A DNA stretch of 56,260 nucleotides, filler included, from Stramenopiles sp. TOSAG23-3 (taxonomy: Eukaryota), in NCBI GenBank assembly GCA_900128585.1. It is 4 parts of 4 records of this genome, joined end to end, with 100 filler letters (N's around TTAATTAATTAA, not from the genome) between each part and the next. Parts side by side here need not be neighbours in the genome. Positions count along the whole stretch, not along the records: positions 1 to 25,933 come from LT642282.1; positions 26,034 to 51,950 come from LT642283.1; 2 more parts are not named here. One strand, 5' to 3'. A program made the position numbers and the translations under genes. The notes under the pieces were generated by a model. The model was given only the letters and a program-made list of their open reading frames with translations. It had not been told where the DNA came from and searched no databases. Position 1 is the stretch's first letter. Each line of letters opens with the position of its first letter. Positions 23,038 through 33,454 of this stretch are shown here, piece after piece.

Positions 23038-23609
23038 CGAGAAGCTTGTGTGCAGGTATTTCTATGGCCTTCCTATCGTTTCTTCCGTTTCGAATATCTC
23101 TATGTTTGTCAAAGCTTTCCATGCAACATATTGCATGCACCCTAAAATGAAAATTACAATAATTCTTTTTGTAATATATTCTAAATGAGAAATCATCCAA
23201 CTCTAAAATTGAAAATTCAATTTTTTTTTTATTATTAATAATAATATTATTACATTTTTTTGTTGGTGGTGGTGGTTGTTTGATTAAAAAAATAGAAAAA
23301 AACAATTAATAATAATGAACATTTTAAATTATATGATGATTTTATTTTATAGAGTAGAATCAAATATNNNNNNNNNNATCTAAAAAAATAAAGAATCATC
23401 ATCTTCTCCTCTTCTTCTGGCGACTATTATTAGACACTATTTATTTCGATACTCTTAAAAAAAACTAAAATGCACAAATAAATAGTAGTCTTAATGTATG
23501 TTTTTTATAATTTTGTATTTAAAGAAATATAAGTGAAGTGAAAACGAGAAGAACACTCAACAGCGGCAACGCACGCCGATCCCGCCCTTACTTCTACTAC
23601 CGTCTTGGC

Positions 23610-24770
23610 TTACTGTGCACGTTTCTGACCAGTCCAAGCTAGCTTACTGTAACCGTACAGCATTCCGGACGCAATGCCGACAGCGATAAACATTAGTTTT
23701 CGCCCAGTCATCATGTGCATTTCTCCTTTTGCAAACAGGAGCATGCCCAAGCCTACCAGAACAACTTTGTTGGCAGCCCCAACTACGCAGTACGTCGTCG
23801 CGGACGTTTCTCGAATACACCACATGGAGCTCAAGCTCAAAAACATACCACCGAGACCGGTCCCCAACAGGGTAAGCAAAAATTTGAAGTTTTGGAATGC
23901 TTCATGCCCCAGTTGATGGGAGAGGTCCCCGTTTGCGATTAGAATAATAAAGATGAGTGGCAGCGACAATAGATTATTGTAGTACGTCGCTTTCAGTTTG
24001 GACAGTTGGGTCGATTTCAGGGCATAGCGCAAATACAGAACATAAGATGCCGTAGAGATACAATTAAGCACCATGTAAGCGTACCCCTCTGCCCTCTCCC
24101 CGGAGGAAAAATCGTCACTCGCAGTATATATTGTAGAGACCAAAGTCAAGACGAAACTGAACATTCCAAGCGCGTTCGTGGTCGTGCTGAAAAACATATA
24201 GTCCCCCCCCGCGATAATGATGTTTGTCGTATTTTTAAATATAGTAACGACGGAGAGGGGCAGCCCGTGCAGACTTGCGCTTCCTGTGAACAGCATCAGA
24301 AGAAAGAATACGTTCACCGGGGACCAGGATATGGCAGTCTGAGGTTGGACCGAACAATCCAGCTTTACAACGCCCAGAAGCTTTAGGGTTAACATGCTGA
24401 CCAAGGACAAGGCGTTTTGCATACAGACCAACAGCAAAAAATGCCGAAACTTGAAAGTAGTGACTAGCGTTTTATTCGCAAGCACCATAAAAACGGACGC
24501 GCAGCAGTAGGCCACGCTGGACAAGATGGCGGTAGTACGCACGTTCTGCCGCGATTTTTCTTGTTCTTCCGCTTGTATTTTTGCAACGCATTCCTTACAA
24601 ATTGCAAACATATCCGAAGACTCAATTGCCTTTTTTACTTGGGCCTTGGAAAAATACATTGCACTTAATCGTTTCCGACGACATATCTTACAGCTGAAGT
24701 CTCCTGCAGAGCGTGTCCAATCCGTGTTCGACTCGGAAGTCGCGCCCTTTGCCAGTGCCAGTGATGCCAT
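23610..24770 (-). CDS. Nucleotide-sugar transporter (GDP-mannose transporter/SLC35D-like) with N-terminal Cys4 zinc module
   Basis: AYCCASVFMVLANK, WSPVNVFF, VTIFKNTTNI, YYNNLLSLP and TSATTYCVVGAANK, with about 10 TM segments. The N-terminus has CKIC...YFSKAQ...CKEC. Confidence 0.85.
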   Translation of the reverse strand: MASLALAKGATSESNTDWTRSAGDFSCKICRRKRLSAMYFSKAQVKKAIESSDMFAICKECVAKIQAEEQEKSRQNVRTTAILSSVAYCCASVFMVLANKTLVTTFKFRHFLLLVCMQNALSLVSMLTLKLLGVVKLDCSVQPQTAISWSPVNVFFLLMLFTGSASLHGLPLSVVTIFKNTTNIIIAGGDYMFFSTTTNALGMFSFVLTLVSTIYTASDDFSSGERAEGYAYMVLNCISTASYVLYLRYALKSTQLSKLKATYYNNLLSLPLIFIILIANGDLSHQLGHEAFQNFKFLLTLLGTGLGGMFLSLSSMWCIRETSATTYCVVGAANKVVLVGLGMLLFAKGEMHMMTGRKLMFIAVGIASGMLYGYSKLAWTGQKRAQ

Positions 24771-24992
24771 GATTAATTAACGGGGGCTCTAGCCTATTTA
24801 CGTCGTTTTGCATCTTCCACAGTAGCGTTTCTGTTCCATTCTCTTTAATTTCTTAAATAATAATAGTACACTATACATCGTTGTTGGAAAGATCCTGAAG
24901 AAGCGCAGTATGTCTTAATTCAACAAAGTTCTGAAAAAATAATAAATAATATTATTATTAGTCGTCTATTATATACATTGTTCGCCACCACC

Positions 24993-25152
24993 GCCCGGAA
25001 GCGCTCGGCCGACGAAATTTTTTGTTGTTGCCCTCCCTATTGCACGCTAGCAGCATGCAATAGGCCCGGGATTAAAAAAAAAATTCGTGCCCGGAAGCGC
25101 TCGGCCGACGAATTTTTTTTTTGTTGCCCTCCCTATTGCACGCTAGCAGCAT
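24993..25152. repeat. 96-bp-period GC-rich tandem repeat with internal hairpins, running into a gap
   Basis: GCCCGGAAGCGCTCGGCCGACGAA...CCCTCCCTATTGCACGCTAGCAGCAT at 24993 and again at 25089. Confidence 0.8.
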
Positions 25153-25252
25153 NNNNNNNNNNNNNNNNNNNNNNNNNNNNNNNNNNNNNNNNNNNNNNNN
25201 NNNNNNNNNNNNNNNNNNNNNNNNNNNNNNNNNNNNNNNNNNNNNNNNNNNC

Positions 25253-25412
25253 TTGTTTTCATCTCAAAAGATGCGACCATCAAAACGGTCGCATGTTTTT
25301 TCTTGAATTTTACCTATCAAAATCGCACCTTGGCGTACTTATCGATCCCCTCCAAATACTGTTGTTTTCATTTCAAAAGACGCGACCATTTGGATGGTCG
25401 CATGTTTTTTCT
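25253..25412. repeat. Pair of ~50-bp direct repeats each containing a GCGACC...GGTCGC hairpin
   Basis: TTGTTTTCATYTCAAAAGAYGCGACCAT-N-GGTCGCATGTTTTTTCT at 25253 and 25362. Confidence 0.8.
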
Positions 25413-25765
25413 GAGAAGAAATAAATAAATAAGTTTGCTATTTAATAATAATTTAAAAAAACTTTTAAGGCAACATTTATTATGTTATTGTTTAGGTCGC
25501 ATAAAACAATCTTTCTATGATGCCTTTTGTGTTGCAGATCGTATTATTTCCAATTTATTCCCTATCATATTTGTATTCTGTTGTCATTCAAGTAGGAAAA
25601 CAATCCATGGTTCTGTTACCACTCAAAGCAGTAACACAACAGTCCCTTAATAAAACATTTATTATTTATTATTTTATCGTCATCATTCATCTTCTTCATT
25701 ATTATTAATATTTATTAATATTTATTTAGGCCTCGTATATATACCGTGTGCCGTGAAACATTTTT

Positions 25766-25933
25766 AACAAAAGAAAGAAAGAAGAAAGAAAGAAATAGCA
25801 AATAATGATATTTTTTACCACCGTGCTGTGCAAGGTTAAACAAAAGAAAGAAAGAAGAAAGAAAGAAATAGCAAATAATGATATTTTTTACCACCGTGCT
25901 GTGCAAGGTTTAACAAAAGAAAGAAAGAAAGAA
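25766..25933. repeat. 73-bp tandem repeat at contig end
   Basis: Unit AACAAAAGAAAG...TTACCACCGTGCTGTGCAAGGTT starts at 25766, 25839 and 25912; the third copy is cut by the gap. Confidence 0.85.
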
Positions 25934-26033
25934 NNNNNNNNNNNNNNNNNNNNNNNNNNNNNNNNNNNNNNNNNNNNTTAATTAATTAANNNNNNNNNNN
26001 NNNNNNNNNNNNNNNNNNNNNNNNNNNNNNNNN
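25934..26033. other. Artificial contig-joining linker
   Basis: 44 N + TTAATTAATTAA (stops in all six frames) + 44 N. An identical structure occurs three times in the window. Confidence 0.95.
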
Positions 26034-29000
26034 AAAAACAAAAAGATCGAAGAAATTGGTTCGTACGTAATGTCTCTAAAACGCCGTGAACACGAATTAA
26101 AAACTTTGTTAGTAAATATGGAAGAGAAGCATCATCAGTTGAAAGTAAATTATGCGATTTTAGGTTCAAAAGCCCGATTTTGCAAGTCGAAGCTAGAATC
26201 TTCTGTAATGTATGCAGCCTCTTGCGAAGAGAAAAATCTGGCATTGAAAATTTCCATGGAAACGCTAAAGACTCAAATTGTTGAGCAACAAGATAATATG
26301 AACAATGACATGTCTTTGCTTCGTAAAAAGCTCTTCCTTGCAGATTCTCATCGGACTGCGTTAGAAAACAAAATCAAAGATGAGAAGGTCATGCACTCGG
26401 AAACTCAAACAAAAGCTGAAAGCATGAAGGAAAATGCCATGGCTCATGTACAAGCTAGTAAAAGCATCATTGAAGAACTGAAGCTTCAAAACCAGAAGCT
26501 GAAGAAATTTAAGTCAGATGAGCAGGTAGCTTGTAACAAACGAGTCATAACTCATGTTAACACAATAGAATCTCTCAACGATATAGTGCTACAATTGCGC
26601 GGGGAACTAGCAAGTGCAAAAGGTGAAATTAAATCTTCGGAAAATCTCCTTGTTGAGAAAGATGAAGAAAATCAAAAATTGGCAAGGTTGCTGCTAGAAA
26701 CGCGGCAAGAGCAAGGGAATGATAAATTAATTCACCAAAGAAACGTTACAGCCATCAATTCCATGTATAAAAAACAGATTTCACTGCTGGACGAATCTGT
26801 GGAGAACTACAAAGCTTTACTTTTGGGGCAGGAAGAAGAAACGGAGTTCCTCGCTCGAAAACAAAATGCAACTTTAAGGATTGAAGTTCAGCAGTTAGAA
26901 AAGTTGTGTCGAACTCAGGAGGCAAAACTTCGAAAGCAAGAAGATGTCATTTCAGAAATTAAAATTGATTTGAAGTCTCAGCAATCGCGATATGAAAAGC
27001 AGTTGGAACACCGCGATCGATCTCATGATCAGCAACTCGCAGAATTAGTAACGAATGCGCTAGATCAGAAAGATATCTTGGTAACTGCTTCGGTAGATCG
27101 ATTCGATAAGAACGCCATTAAGGCTTCTCCAGACATAGAATCGACAAATCATAAAATCACAGAAGTGCTCAGACACTTACAAAACAGTTCGACAACCACA
27201 GTATACACTGACTTAAGTATGCTGCTGGAAGACCTCAGGGAAATGTACCATACGCAATCTCATAGTTTAATTAATGCGGTGCGGCTTTTGCAAGCAAAGG
27301 CTCAACACGATTTAAAATCCCGTCGAGAGCTATCAACGAAGGTGAATTCTTTGCAAGATAATATTACTACTTTAAAGGCAGAAAAAAGGGACTACTTGCT
27401 GAGTATGACAAAACGTAAAGTTGAAAACTCTGCTTTTCAAACAAAATACTCAAATATTTTGGACGTAAACGCAGCGATTGAACTTCAAGTAAGTACCATC
27501 AAGACCGAAAAAAAGGAAGTACAGAAGACTCTTGATGATTTGTCCGCAAAGCATAAGAAGTTTGTGGTAGACCATGAGGCAATTATTATCCGATACAAAA
27601 TGGCTCAAAGCAAGGTTGAGGAATTGAAGAAGGAAATTAGAACTTTTTTGCCTACAAAAAAGCGTTTGGAAGAGGAGTGCATAGAGGCCGAAATGCGTGG
27701 GGCCCATCTAAAGTCAGATATCAAAACATTTCAACAAAAACTCCGGGTTACCGCTGAAACGAACGTAGAATCTGAAACCATGTTCAAATCCAGCATGAAG
27801 GCGCTAAAGAAAGAAAAGGAAGAGATTTACAAAGCGATGATTACAGCACAAGCAAAAATTCGAGAGCTTAAGCATCAATTAACCAGTAAAGAAACGGTAA
27901 TTCAAAATTTTGAAGTCGAATCTTCTAAGGTGAAAGAAAATTTTAAAAACTTGCGGTTAAAAGAGTCTGAAAATAAAAGAATTTTGCGGCTAAAATTAGA
28001 GGCGTTGGAGAAAAAGAATAACATGTTATACAACGAAAAGGAAGTTTTGCACGAAGAGCTAAATCGCTGCGTAGAGGAAATGTCTCAAAAATCCCTAGAG
28101 TTAAAACAATTTCTAGTTGAGAACAACAAGAAAAACATGGAGTTAGAAAGTCTAATAATGGAGCTTCAAGAAACTTCTTCGTTACAAAATGCTGAGATTG
28201 GCACATTGCACTTGCTGAAAATTGACCAACATGCAATACAGAAGAGAAGTCAAAAATTTTCTACAGAGAGCTACAGAGTCCTGCAAAATGCTAATGAAGA
28301 ATTCAAAAATCAAATAATATGTCTTCAGCTCAAAGTTGAAGGACTGAATAATTTACATGGTTTGTCTCGTGCATCTCTTGTTGAGTCTGAACTACAAAAC
28401 AAAAGTCAGGGGAAATGGATATCAAAATTAATGCGCGAAAGAGACTACTGTATGACAGAAATGGCTGATGATATATTTTCTCTTTTTTCATGTATTGCAA
28501 ATGCATCTCCAGTAGAAAATACGACGGAAAAGCAAACGAATGACATGTCAAGTAAAGCGCAAATTCTATACCTGTCAACACAATTGCAAAACAAGAGTAA
28601 AATGTTAGCTGTTCTATTAAAGAATCATAGAGCGACGCTGGATACGCAGAAGCGATCCAGGATGGGATATTTGGTTAATACCGATTCCATGTTTCAAAAA
28701 CTAGACGAAATGTACACGTCAAGTCTCAAACAATACCAAATGTACTGTGGCAATCGTGTTGATTCGCTGCGTAATCAGTTACAGCTATGCAGACAGCACA
28801 GGTTGACAGATCTCGGTGCTAACCGATTTCAATGTGAGGTACTCGGTGAAAGCTACACGCGTTTCATTAAGTTAATAAAGAGTCACAACTCCTCTTCATC
28901 TGGTCAAGAATCGTATAGAAACGTAATGGCCGCAGTCGATGAAGAACGGCAAAAATGGAAGGAAATATATATTGATCGAGAAAATAGCCTGTTAAACCAA

Positions 29001-31541
29001 ATACAAAAATTACAAAATGAAATTGAGGGTTGGCGTACAAAAAATGAAGCTTTACAAATTGCAAATGTAGCAAAAGGGGAAACCCATGAAGGATTGCCTA
29101 TTGGGCAAACTTTTGATTATGATGACCTTAAAAAGTTTCACTTAGGTATGAATGATCAGTTAAAACAAGCATTCAAAAAGATGAAATTAAAATTTCAAAA
29201 TCGTTTGGTTTCATTGGAAGAAAATTGTGACGAAACCATCAGCAGTGTTCACGGGGAGTGTGAGGCCCAAGTGAAACGTGCTAATGAATCTCATGAGAGA
29301 GACATTCAGAAACGCCAAGAAGCTTTCCAGGCAACTATTGAAGCGCTCAAATCGTCCGTGGTGGCCAAGTATGAAAACATGATTTCGAAACATAAATCGG
29401 TTATTCAAGTTTTAACAGCGAAGATTAAAGACATTTCTATTGACAAACAGAAACAGCTTGAAGAGGCAGATGCAAAGTTTGAGAAATTTGAGGAGGAAAA
29501 CAGTGAGTTGAGAGCCTTAGTTATTGCTTTGAAAGGTTCATCCCCACCGCTTTCTGCAGATGTTGGGATTCTCCATGCAAAGCTCAAGCATTTAGAACAA
29601 CTCAATCGCAGACTGTATACTGAAAGCTCTCGCCAGCTTAGTGATAAAGAATTAGCCCTTGTTGCTATGAAAGAGAAGTACGAATCTAAAATAAGATCGT
29701 TGAAGCAAAATGAAGAATTGTCTGTAATTAAGAGAGCCTCTGAACTGTTGAAAATGGGTCCGGACGGTAAAACTAGCGTAATTATCAAGAAAATTATGGT
29801 CAAAACAGCGAAAGTCGCAAAATTATATGAGGAAGAACGAAAGCGGTGTGATGAAATAAGAATTCAGCAATTGACATTTATCAAAGAATTTGAAGATGAA
29901 AAAGATAAGATTATAACTGCTGCAGTCGATGAAGCCGTTCTGAAAGAAAGAGTAGAAAATACCCCCAACTATTTACGTAGTGCGTTGGATAAGAGCCAAA
30001 GGGCTCATGCAAATCTGGGAGTAGATTTTGAAAAATTGAAAGGAAAAATGAAACGTTTGAAAATTAGATTAGGCAACATGGAATTGGATAAGAGTTCCTT
30101 AGCAGATTCTATAACTCTCCAAGAACAACTCAATTTTGAAGATCAGTTGAATACGATTAAAATTAAAATGGAAGAGGGCTTCCGAATCGATCAAGAAACC
30201 AGGCAATCCAAGCATCAAGATGAACTACTAAAGATGAATAAAACAATTCTTGAACTTGAAAGGCGGATAAACGTCAAGCACTTGTCCGAGGACCATGATG
30301 AAAAGGCAGTTTTTCTAACTAAAATGCAAACTGAAGGTTTTGAACCTAGCCTTGAGCTAACAGAAGGAGAAGCGTGGGCATCCGCCTTTGATAAACTGTA
30401 TAAAAAATTTGTTAAATTGGAGTCACAAGTATTTTCGCAAGCAGGACAGCCCGAGCCGGCGAAAATCATTTTTTCAGAAACCTTTAAGAAAAGGCTTTTC
30501 GAGGCGTTAACGGACAACGCAAATGAAGCTAGTGATATTGAAAAAAAAGGGGCACTTGGCGTTTTAAATAATACAGTGCAAAGACTGAAAGATACAATAT
30601 CCCAACAACAAGAGAAATTGACCAATTATTCTTTGGCTGTCAATGCAAATGATGAATTGAGATCTTGGGTAAAGATGGACATCTTGTTGGAAGATTGGGT
30701 GTCGAAGGACATGCCCGGCCTGTTTTCTCGTCTGTTTGGCGTCGATGTGGAAGAATCCGCGAAAAATGAAGTCCATGAGTCTCTGAAACGACTCTATGCT
30801 ACTCGTCCAAATCATTCAAAGCTATTGGTGATGGTGGAGGAAACGGTTGCCGACAAGGCCATCGTAGTTGACAACAGCACACAGACCGTAGTAGATGCGG
30901 ACAAAGATATAGCCGCCTATGTGGGGACATCGGTTGATGTTCCCTTGACTCCTCAACAATCTAAAAACGCGTTAAATAGTGATGCCGACATATCAATAAC
31001 ATTAGAAAATACTGATGCACTTCAGCCGTCACAATTTTATGCCGGGGAAGTTGGCATTGAATTGCCGACGGAAGAGCATAATAGTTTCAAGACTCGGAAC
31101 CAAGAAAATACAAAACAAAAAATGCTGTTTTCGGACGAAGAGACGAAAGAAGAAAGAGATTCTGCTGTTCCAGACTTTGGAGATCTTGGTTTAGAACGCA
31201 GCAGTATGCACTGGTTAAAAAAGCTCCAGAAACTAAGGTCCGAGCTAAACGAAGAGAGAGAGAAAAATATTGTAAGCAACATGAGAGTCAAGGACTTAGA
31301 GACCAAACTGCGGCTTGGTGGTAACAGAGGCATTCCTGACAGTTTGAGTGCCGGAGACAGTAGTCATACAAGTGCATCCAGGAAAAACGATAGAAGGAGA
31401 GGTGGTTCCACGCCGGATAACTCGAAGCATTACTGGTATGGCTGTGGCAGATGCCAACGTCAAATAAAAGAAATGGAGGCGCAACTACAACGCTGCTTGT
31501 CAGAGAAGAAGCAAAGTGCGGGACTATTCTTAACCAAGTGA
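26034..31541 (+). CDS. Very long coiled-coil protein, probably 5'-partial
   Basis: More than 1820 aa of E/K/L/Q-rich heptads. The frame is open from the contig edge (KNKKIEEIGSYVM), so ATG 26070 may not be the true start. Confidence 0.85.
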   Translation, partial: KNKKIEEIGSYVMSLKRREHELKTLLVNMEEKHHQLKVNYAILGSKARFCKSKLESSVMYAASCEEKNLALKISMETLKTQIVEQQDNMNNDMSLLRKKLFLADSHRTALENKIKDEKVMHSETQTKAESMKENAMAHVQASKSIIEELKLQNQKLKKFKSDEQVACNKRVITHVNTIESLNDIVLQLRGELASAKGEIKSSENLLVEKDEENQKLARLLLETRQEQGNDKLIHQRNVTAINSMYKKQISLLDESVENYKALLLGQEEETEFLARKQNATLRIEVQQLEKLCRTQEAKLRKQEDVISEIKIDLKSQQSRYEKQLEHRDRSHDQQLAELVTNALDQKDILVTASVDRFDKNAIKASPDIESTNHKITEVLRHLQNSSTTTVYTDLSMLLEDLREMYHTQSHSLINAVRLLQAKAQHDLKSRRELSTKVNSLQDNITTLKAEKRDYLLSMTKRKVENSAFQTKYSNILDVNAAIELQVSTIKTEKKEVQKTLDDLSAKHKKFVVDHEAIIIRYKMAQSKVEELKKEIRTFLPTKKRLEEECIEAEMRGAHLKSDIKTFQQKLRVTAETNVESETMFKSSMKALKKEKEEIYKAMITAQAKIRELKHQLTSKETVIQNFEVESSKVKENFKNLRLKESENKRILRLKLEALEKKNNMLYNEKEVLHEELNRCVEEMSQKSLELKQFLVENNKKNMELESLIMELQETSSLQNAEIGTLHLLKIDQHAIQKRSQKFSTESYRVLQNANEEFKNQIICLQLKVEGLNNLHGLSRASLVESELQNKSQGKWISKLMRERDYCMTEMADDIFSLFSCIANASPVENTTEKQTNDMSSKAQILYLSTQLQNKSKMLAVLLKNHRATLDTQKRSRMGYLVNTDSMFQKLDEMYTSSLKQYQMYCGNRVDSLRNQLQLCRQHRLTDLGANRFQCEVLGESYTRFIKLIKSHNSSSSGQESYRNVMAAVDEERQKWKEIYIDRENSLLNQIQKLQNEIEGWRTKNEALQIANVAKGETHEGLPIGQTFDYDDLKKFHLGMNDQLKQAFKKMKLKFQNRLVSLEENCDETISSVHGECEAQVKRANESHERDIQKRQEAFQATIEALKSSVVAKYENMISKHKSVIQVLTAKIKDISIDKQKQLEEADAKFEKFEEENSELRALVIALKGSSPPLSADVGILHAKLKHLEQLNRRLYTESSRQLSDKELALVAMKEKYESKIRSLKQNEELSVIKRASELLKMGPDGKTSVIIKKIMVKTAKVAKLYEEERKRCDEIRIQQLTFIKEFEDEKDKIITAAVDEAVLKERVENTPNYLRSALDKSQRAHANLGVDFEKLKGKMKRLKIRLGNMELDKSSLADSITLQEQLNFEDQLNTIKIKMEEGFRIDQETRQSKHQDELLKMNKTILELERRINVKHLSEDHDEKAVFLTKMQTEGFEPSLELTEGEAWASAFDKLYKKFVKLESQVFSQAGQPEPAKIIFSETFKKRLFEALTDNANEASDIEKKGALGVLNNTVQRLKDTISQQQEKLTNYSLAVNANDELRSWVKMDILLEDWVSKDMPGLFSRLFGVDVEESAKNEVHESLKRLYATRPNHSKLLVMVEETVADKAIVVDNSTQTVVDADKDIAAYVGTSVDVPLTPQQSKNALNSDADISITLENTDALQPSQFYAGEVGIELPTEEHNSFKTRNQENTKQKMLFSDEETKEERDSAVPDFGDLGLERSSMHWLKKLQKLRSELNEEREKNIVSNMRVKDLETKLRLGGNRGIPDSLSAGDSSHTSASRKNDRRRGGSTPDNSKHYWYGCGRCQRQIKEMEAQLQRCLSEKKQSAGLFLTK

Positions 31542-31579
31542 GTGTAGAACGAGAGACATAAGATATATTAAATTCATTT

Positions 31580-31635
31580 TAAAAACAAATAACTGGCTGT
31601 TACTATTTAAGTAATTAAAATTTATCTTCCTTCAT
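31580..31635. repeat. Solo degenerate end of the inverted-repeat family
   Basis: TAAAAACAAATAACTGGCTGTTACTATTTAAGTAATTAAAATTTATCTTCC matches the reverse complement of the right end of 8658-8972. Confidence 0.75.
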
Positions 31636-31744
31636 ATTTATTTCTTTAGAAATATCATTACGTGGGTGAACTTTCAAACCTTTTGACCGCTTACGCACAC
31701 AAATTCTCCTGTATGTTCTTGGTGCAATGAGGGAGTTTTCTTAT

Positions 31745-32407
31745 TTACGTAGTACTAAGGCATTCTTGGAACTTCGAGACATCTGCAAAACTAGAAATGT
31801 TTTCGACGCTTATCTGTATTGCAGGACACAACCGTTTCGCAGCAAATATAAGTGAATTTATATCTTGCTGAGTCACAGATGGCATACAATTAACGCTTGA
31901 ATCAGATGTATCGACAGATGAAGGGTCATCGTATTGCCCCTGAAGGCCATATGTAACGAGAACCAAAGGTATATTTTTTGCCAGATCCTCCATGATGGTG
32001 ATCAGCTCCAAAAGCTTAGTCCGGAACATTGGAAACCGTAATGGGTCGTTCATATCTATTACAGTGATAACTTTTATTACTCCCCCAAAAGTATATATCA
32101 TAGGCCAGGAATTCCGCTCTTGTGAAGTTCCAGGGATTTCGATCATAGTTGCTGTTCCAAACTTGGTGACAAATGGAGATTCTACGTTCGGCGGTGTCGG
32201 TAGAGTACACGCTTTGCCTGGCTCCGCATCAGACTTGTACAATCTCTCACGTATCAATGATTCCACAAGAATACTCTTTCCGCTATAATCAAGACCAAGA
32301 AATATTATTTTTGGTTGCTGGGAATTGCCAGTGTCAGAGTTTAAAAAATCTATAATGCTGCTGCTGTTTTGGGGTCGAACCCCATTGACACTACAAGCAC
32401 CTCCCAT
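31745..32407 (-). CDS. Divergent Arf/Arl-like P-loop protein
   Basis: N-terminal MGGACS acylation-type motif, Arf-type P-loop IIFLGLDYSGKS, degenerate switch II (IEIPGTSQERNSW), and VIDMNDPLRF. Confidence 0.65.
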   Translation of the reverse strand: MGGACSVNGVRPQNSSSIIDFLNSDTGNSQQPKIIFLGLDYSGKSILVESLIRERLYKSDAEPGKACTLPTPPNVESPFVTKFGTATMIEIPGTSQERNSWPMIYTFGGVIKVITVIDMNDPLRFPMFRTKLLELITIMEDLAKNIPLVLVTYGLQGQYDDPSSVDTSDSSVNCMPSVTQQDINSLIFAAKRLCPAIQISVENISSFADVSKFQECLSTT

Positions 32408-32457
32408 TGGCTGTTATACTACGAAGCCAAACGGTTGTTCACGGCGGGTGAGGCTAA

Positions 32458-32964
32458 CTAAAGGCGGTGTTTCGTTGGACTACCACTTCGCGCAACGCAC
32501 TGCTCGTCGTAACAGGCTTCCGTTAGTTTAAAGCTGAACGGTGTGTAACTTTTGCCAATTTCTTGCAGTTCGTATACAGTGACTGCCTTGTCCTTATCTA
32601 AGTCTAATTTTTTTAAAATACGATTTATCCACTTTTTTCGCAAGAAGTACTTGTCCAGTTGTGATAAAGTCAGAAGAGTATGGACTTCAGGAAAATCGGC
32701 TATACCGTTATTATTCTTGTCAAACGTATCAAAAGTTTTCTGGATATCACCTTCGTATCTTTCCCGAATTAGTTTATATATCGCTTCCAATGCGATCTTC
32801 TCCTTCGGGGTTATCGCTTCTGCTCTTGGAAGGTGAGCGAAACAAAGCACGAGCACGACAACTATTGCAAAGAAAGCTGAAGTGAAGTGACCACTACTGA
32901 CGTGAAAACCGGTAAGAACTGCCCCTTGCGAGCTAGATAAAGATTTCTTGTTCAAATTCCTCAT
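32458..32964 (-). CDS. EF-hand protein with N-terminal signal/TM segment
   Basis: EF loops DKNNNGIADFPE and DLDKDKAVTVYE. Hydrophobic stretch AFFAIVVVLVLCFAHL. Confidence 0.75.
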   Translation of the reverse strand: MRNLNKKSLSSSQGAVLTGFHVSSGHFTSAFFAIVVVLVLCFAHLPRAEAITPKEKIALEAIYKLIRERYEGDIQKTFDTFDKNNNGIADFPEVHTLLTLSQLDKYFLRKKWINRILKKLDLDKDKAVTVYELQEIGKSYTPFSFKLTEACYDEQCVARSGSPTKHRL

Positions 32965-33454
32965 GCAGACTGTAACTCGATATCATCCCTCCGCAAAATC
33001 TCCTATTGGAGATCTTCGTAACTTAGTCAAACAAACAAATACTTAGATATTGATTCGCCCCAACTTACATGTTCAACTCCTCTGGTGTTCAATTTTCATT
33101 ACCGGTACAGTAGTAAAATAATTGAAGAGACGCGCGGTCCTGTACGAGGAAGAACAACCGGTTGGTGTAAAAATTTTAATAATAATATAATAATACTAAA
33201 GAGCATGAAGACATTTTTTATTTTTTTTTAATAATAATAATAATTTCAAAAAGAGAAGAAGAATAGAAGGAGGAGAGAGATGATTATTAGACTACTAGGA
33301 CTTATAGCTATTTTATCCGTACAGGTACCAGGTACGGTACACGTACGAACCGTTATCCGGGTATTAAAATGGTATTATTTATGTATTAATATTAACTGGC
33401 CACATCATCCGCCTAAAAAAATATTTTTTATTATTTATTATTATATTATTTTCA

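Noticed and set aside
32406-32417. 12-nt match ATTGGCTGTTAT to the repeat core overlapping the Arf-like start codon
   Set aside because: Flanks do not match, and one short match could be chance or a CCAAT box.
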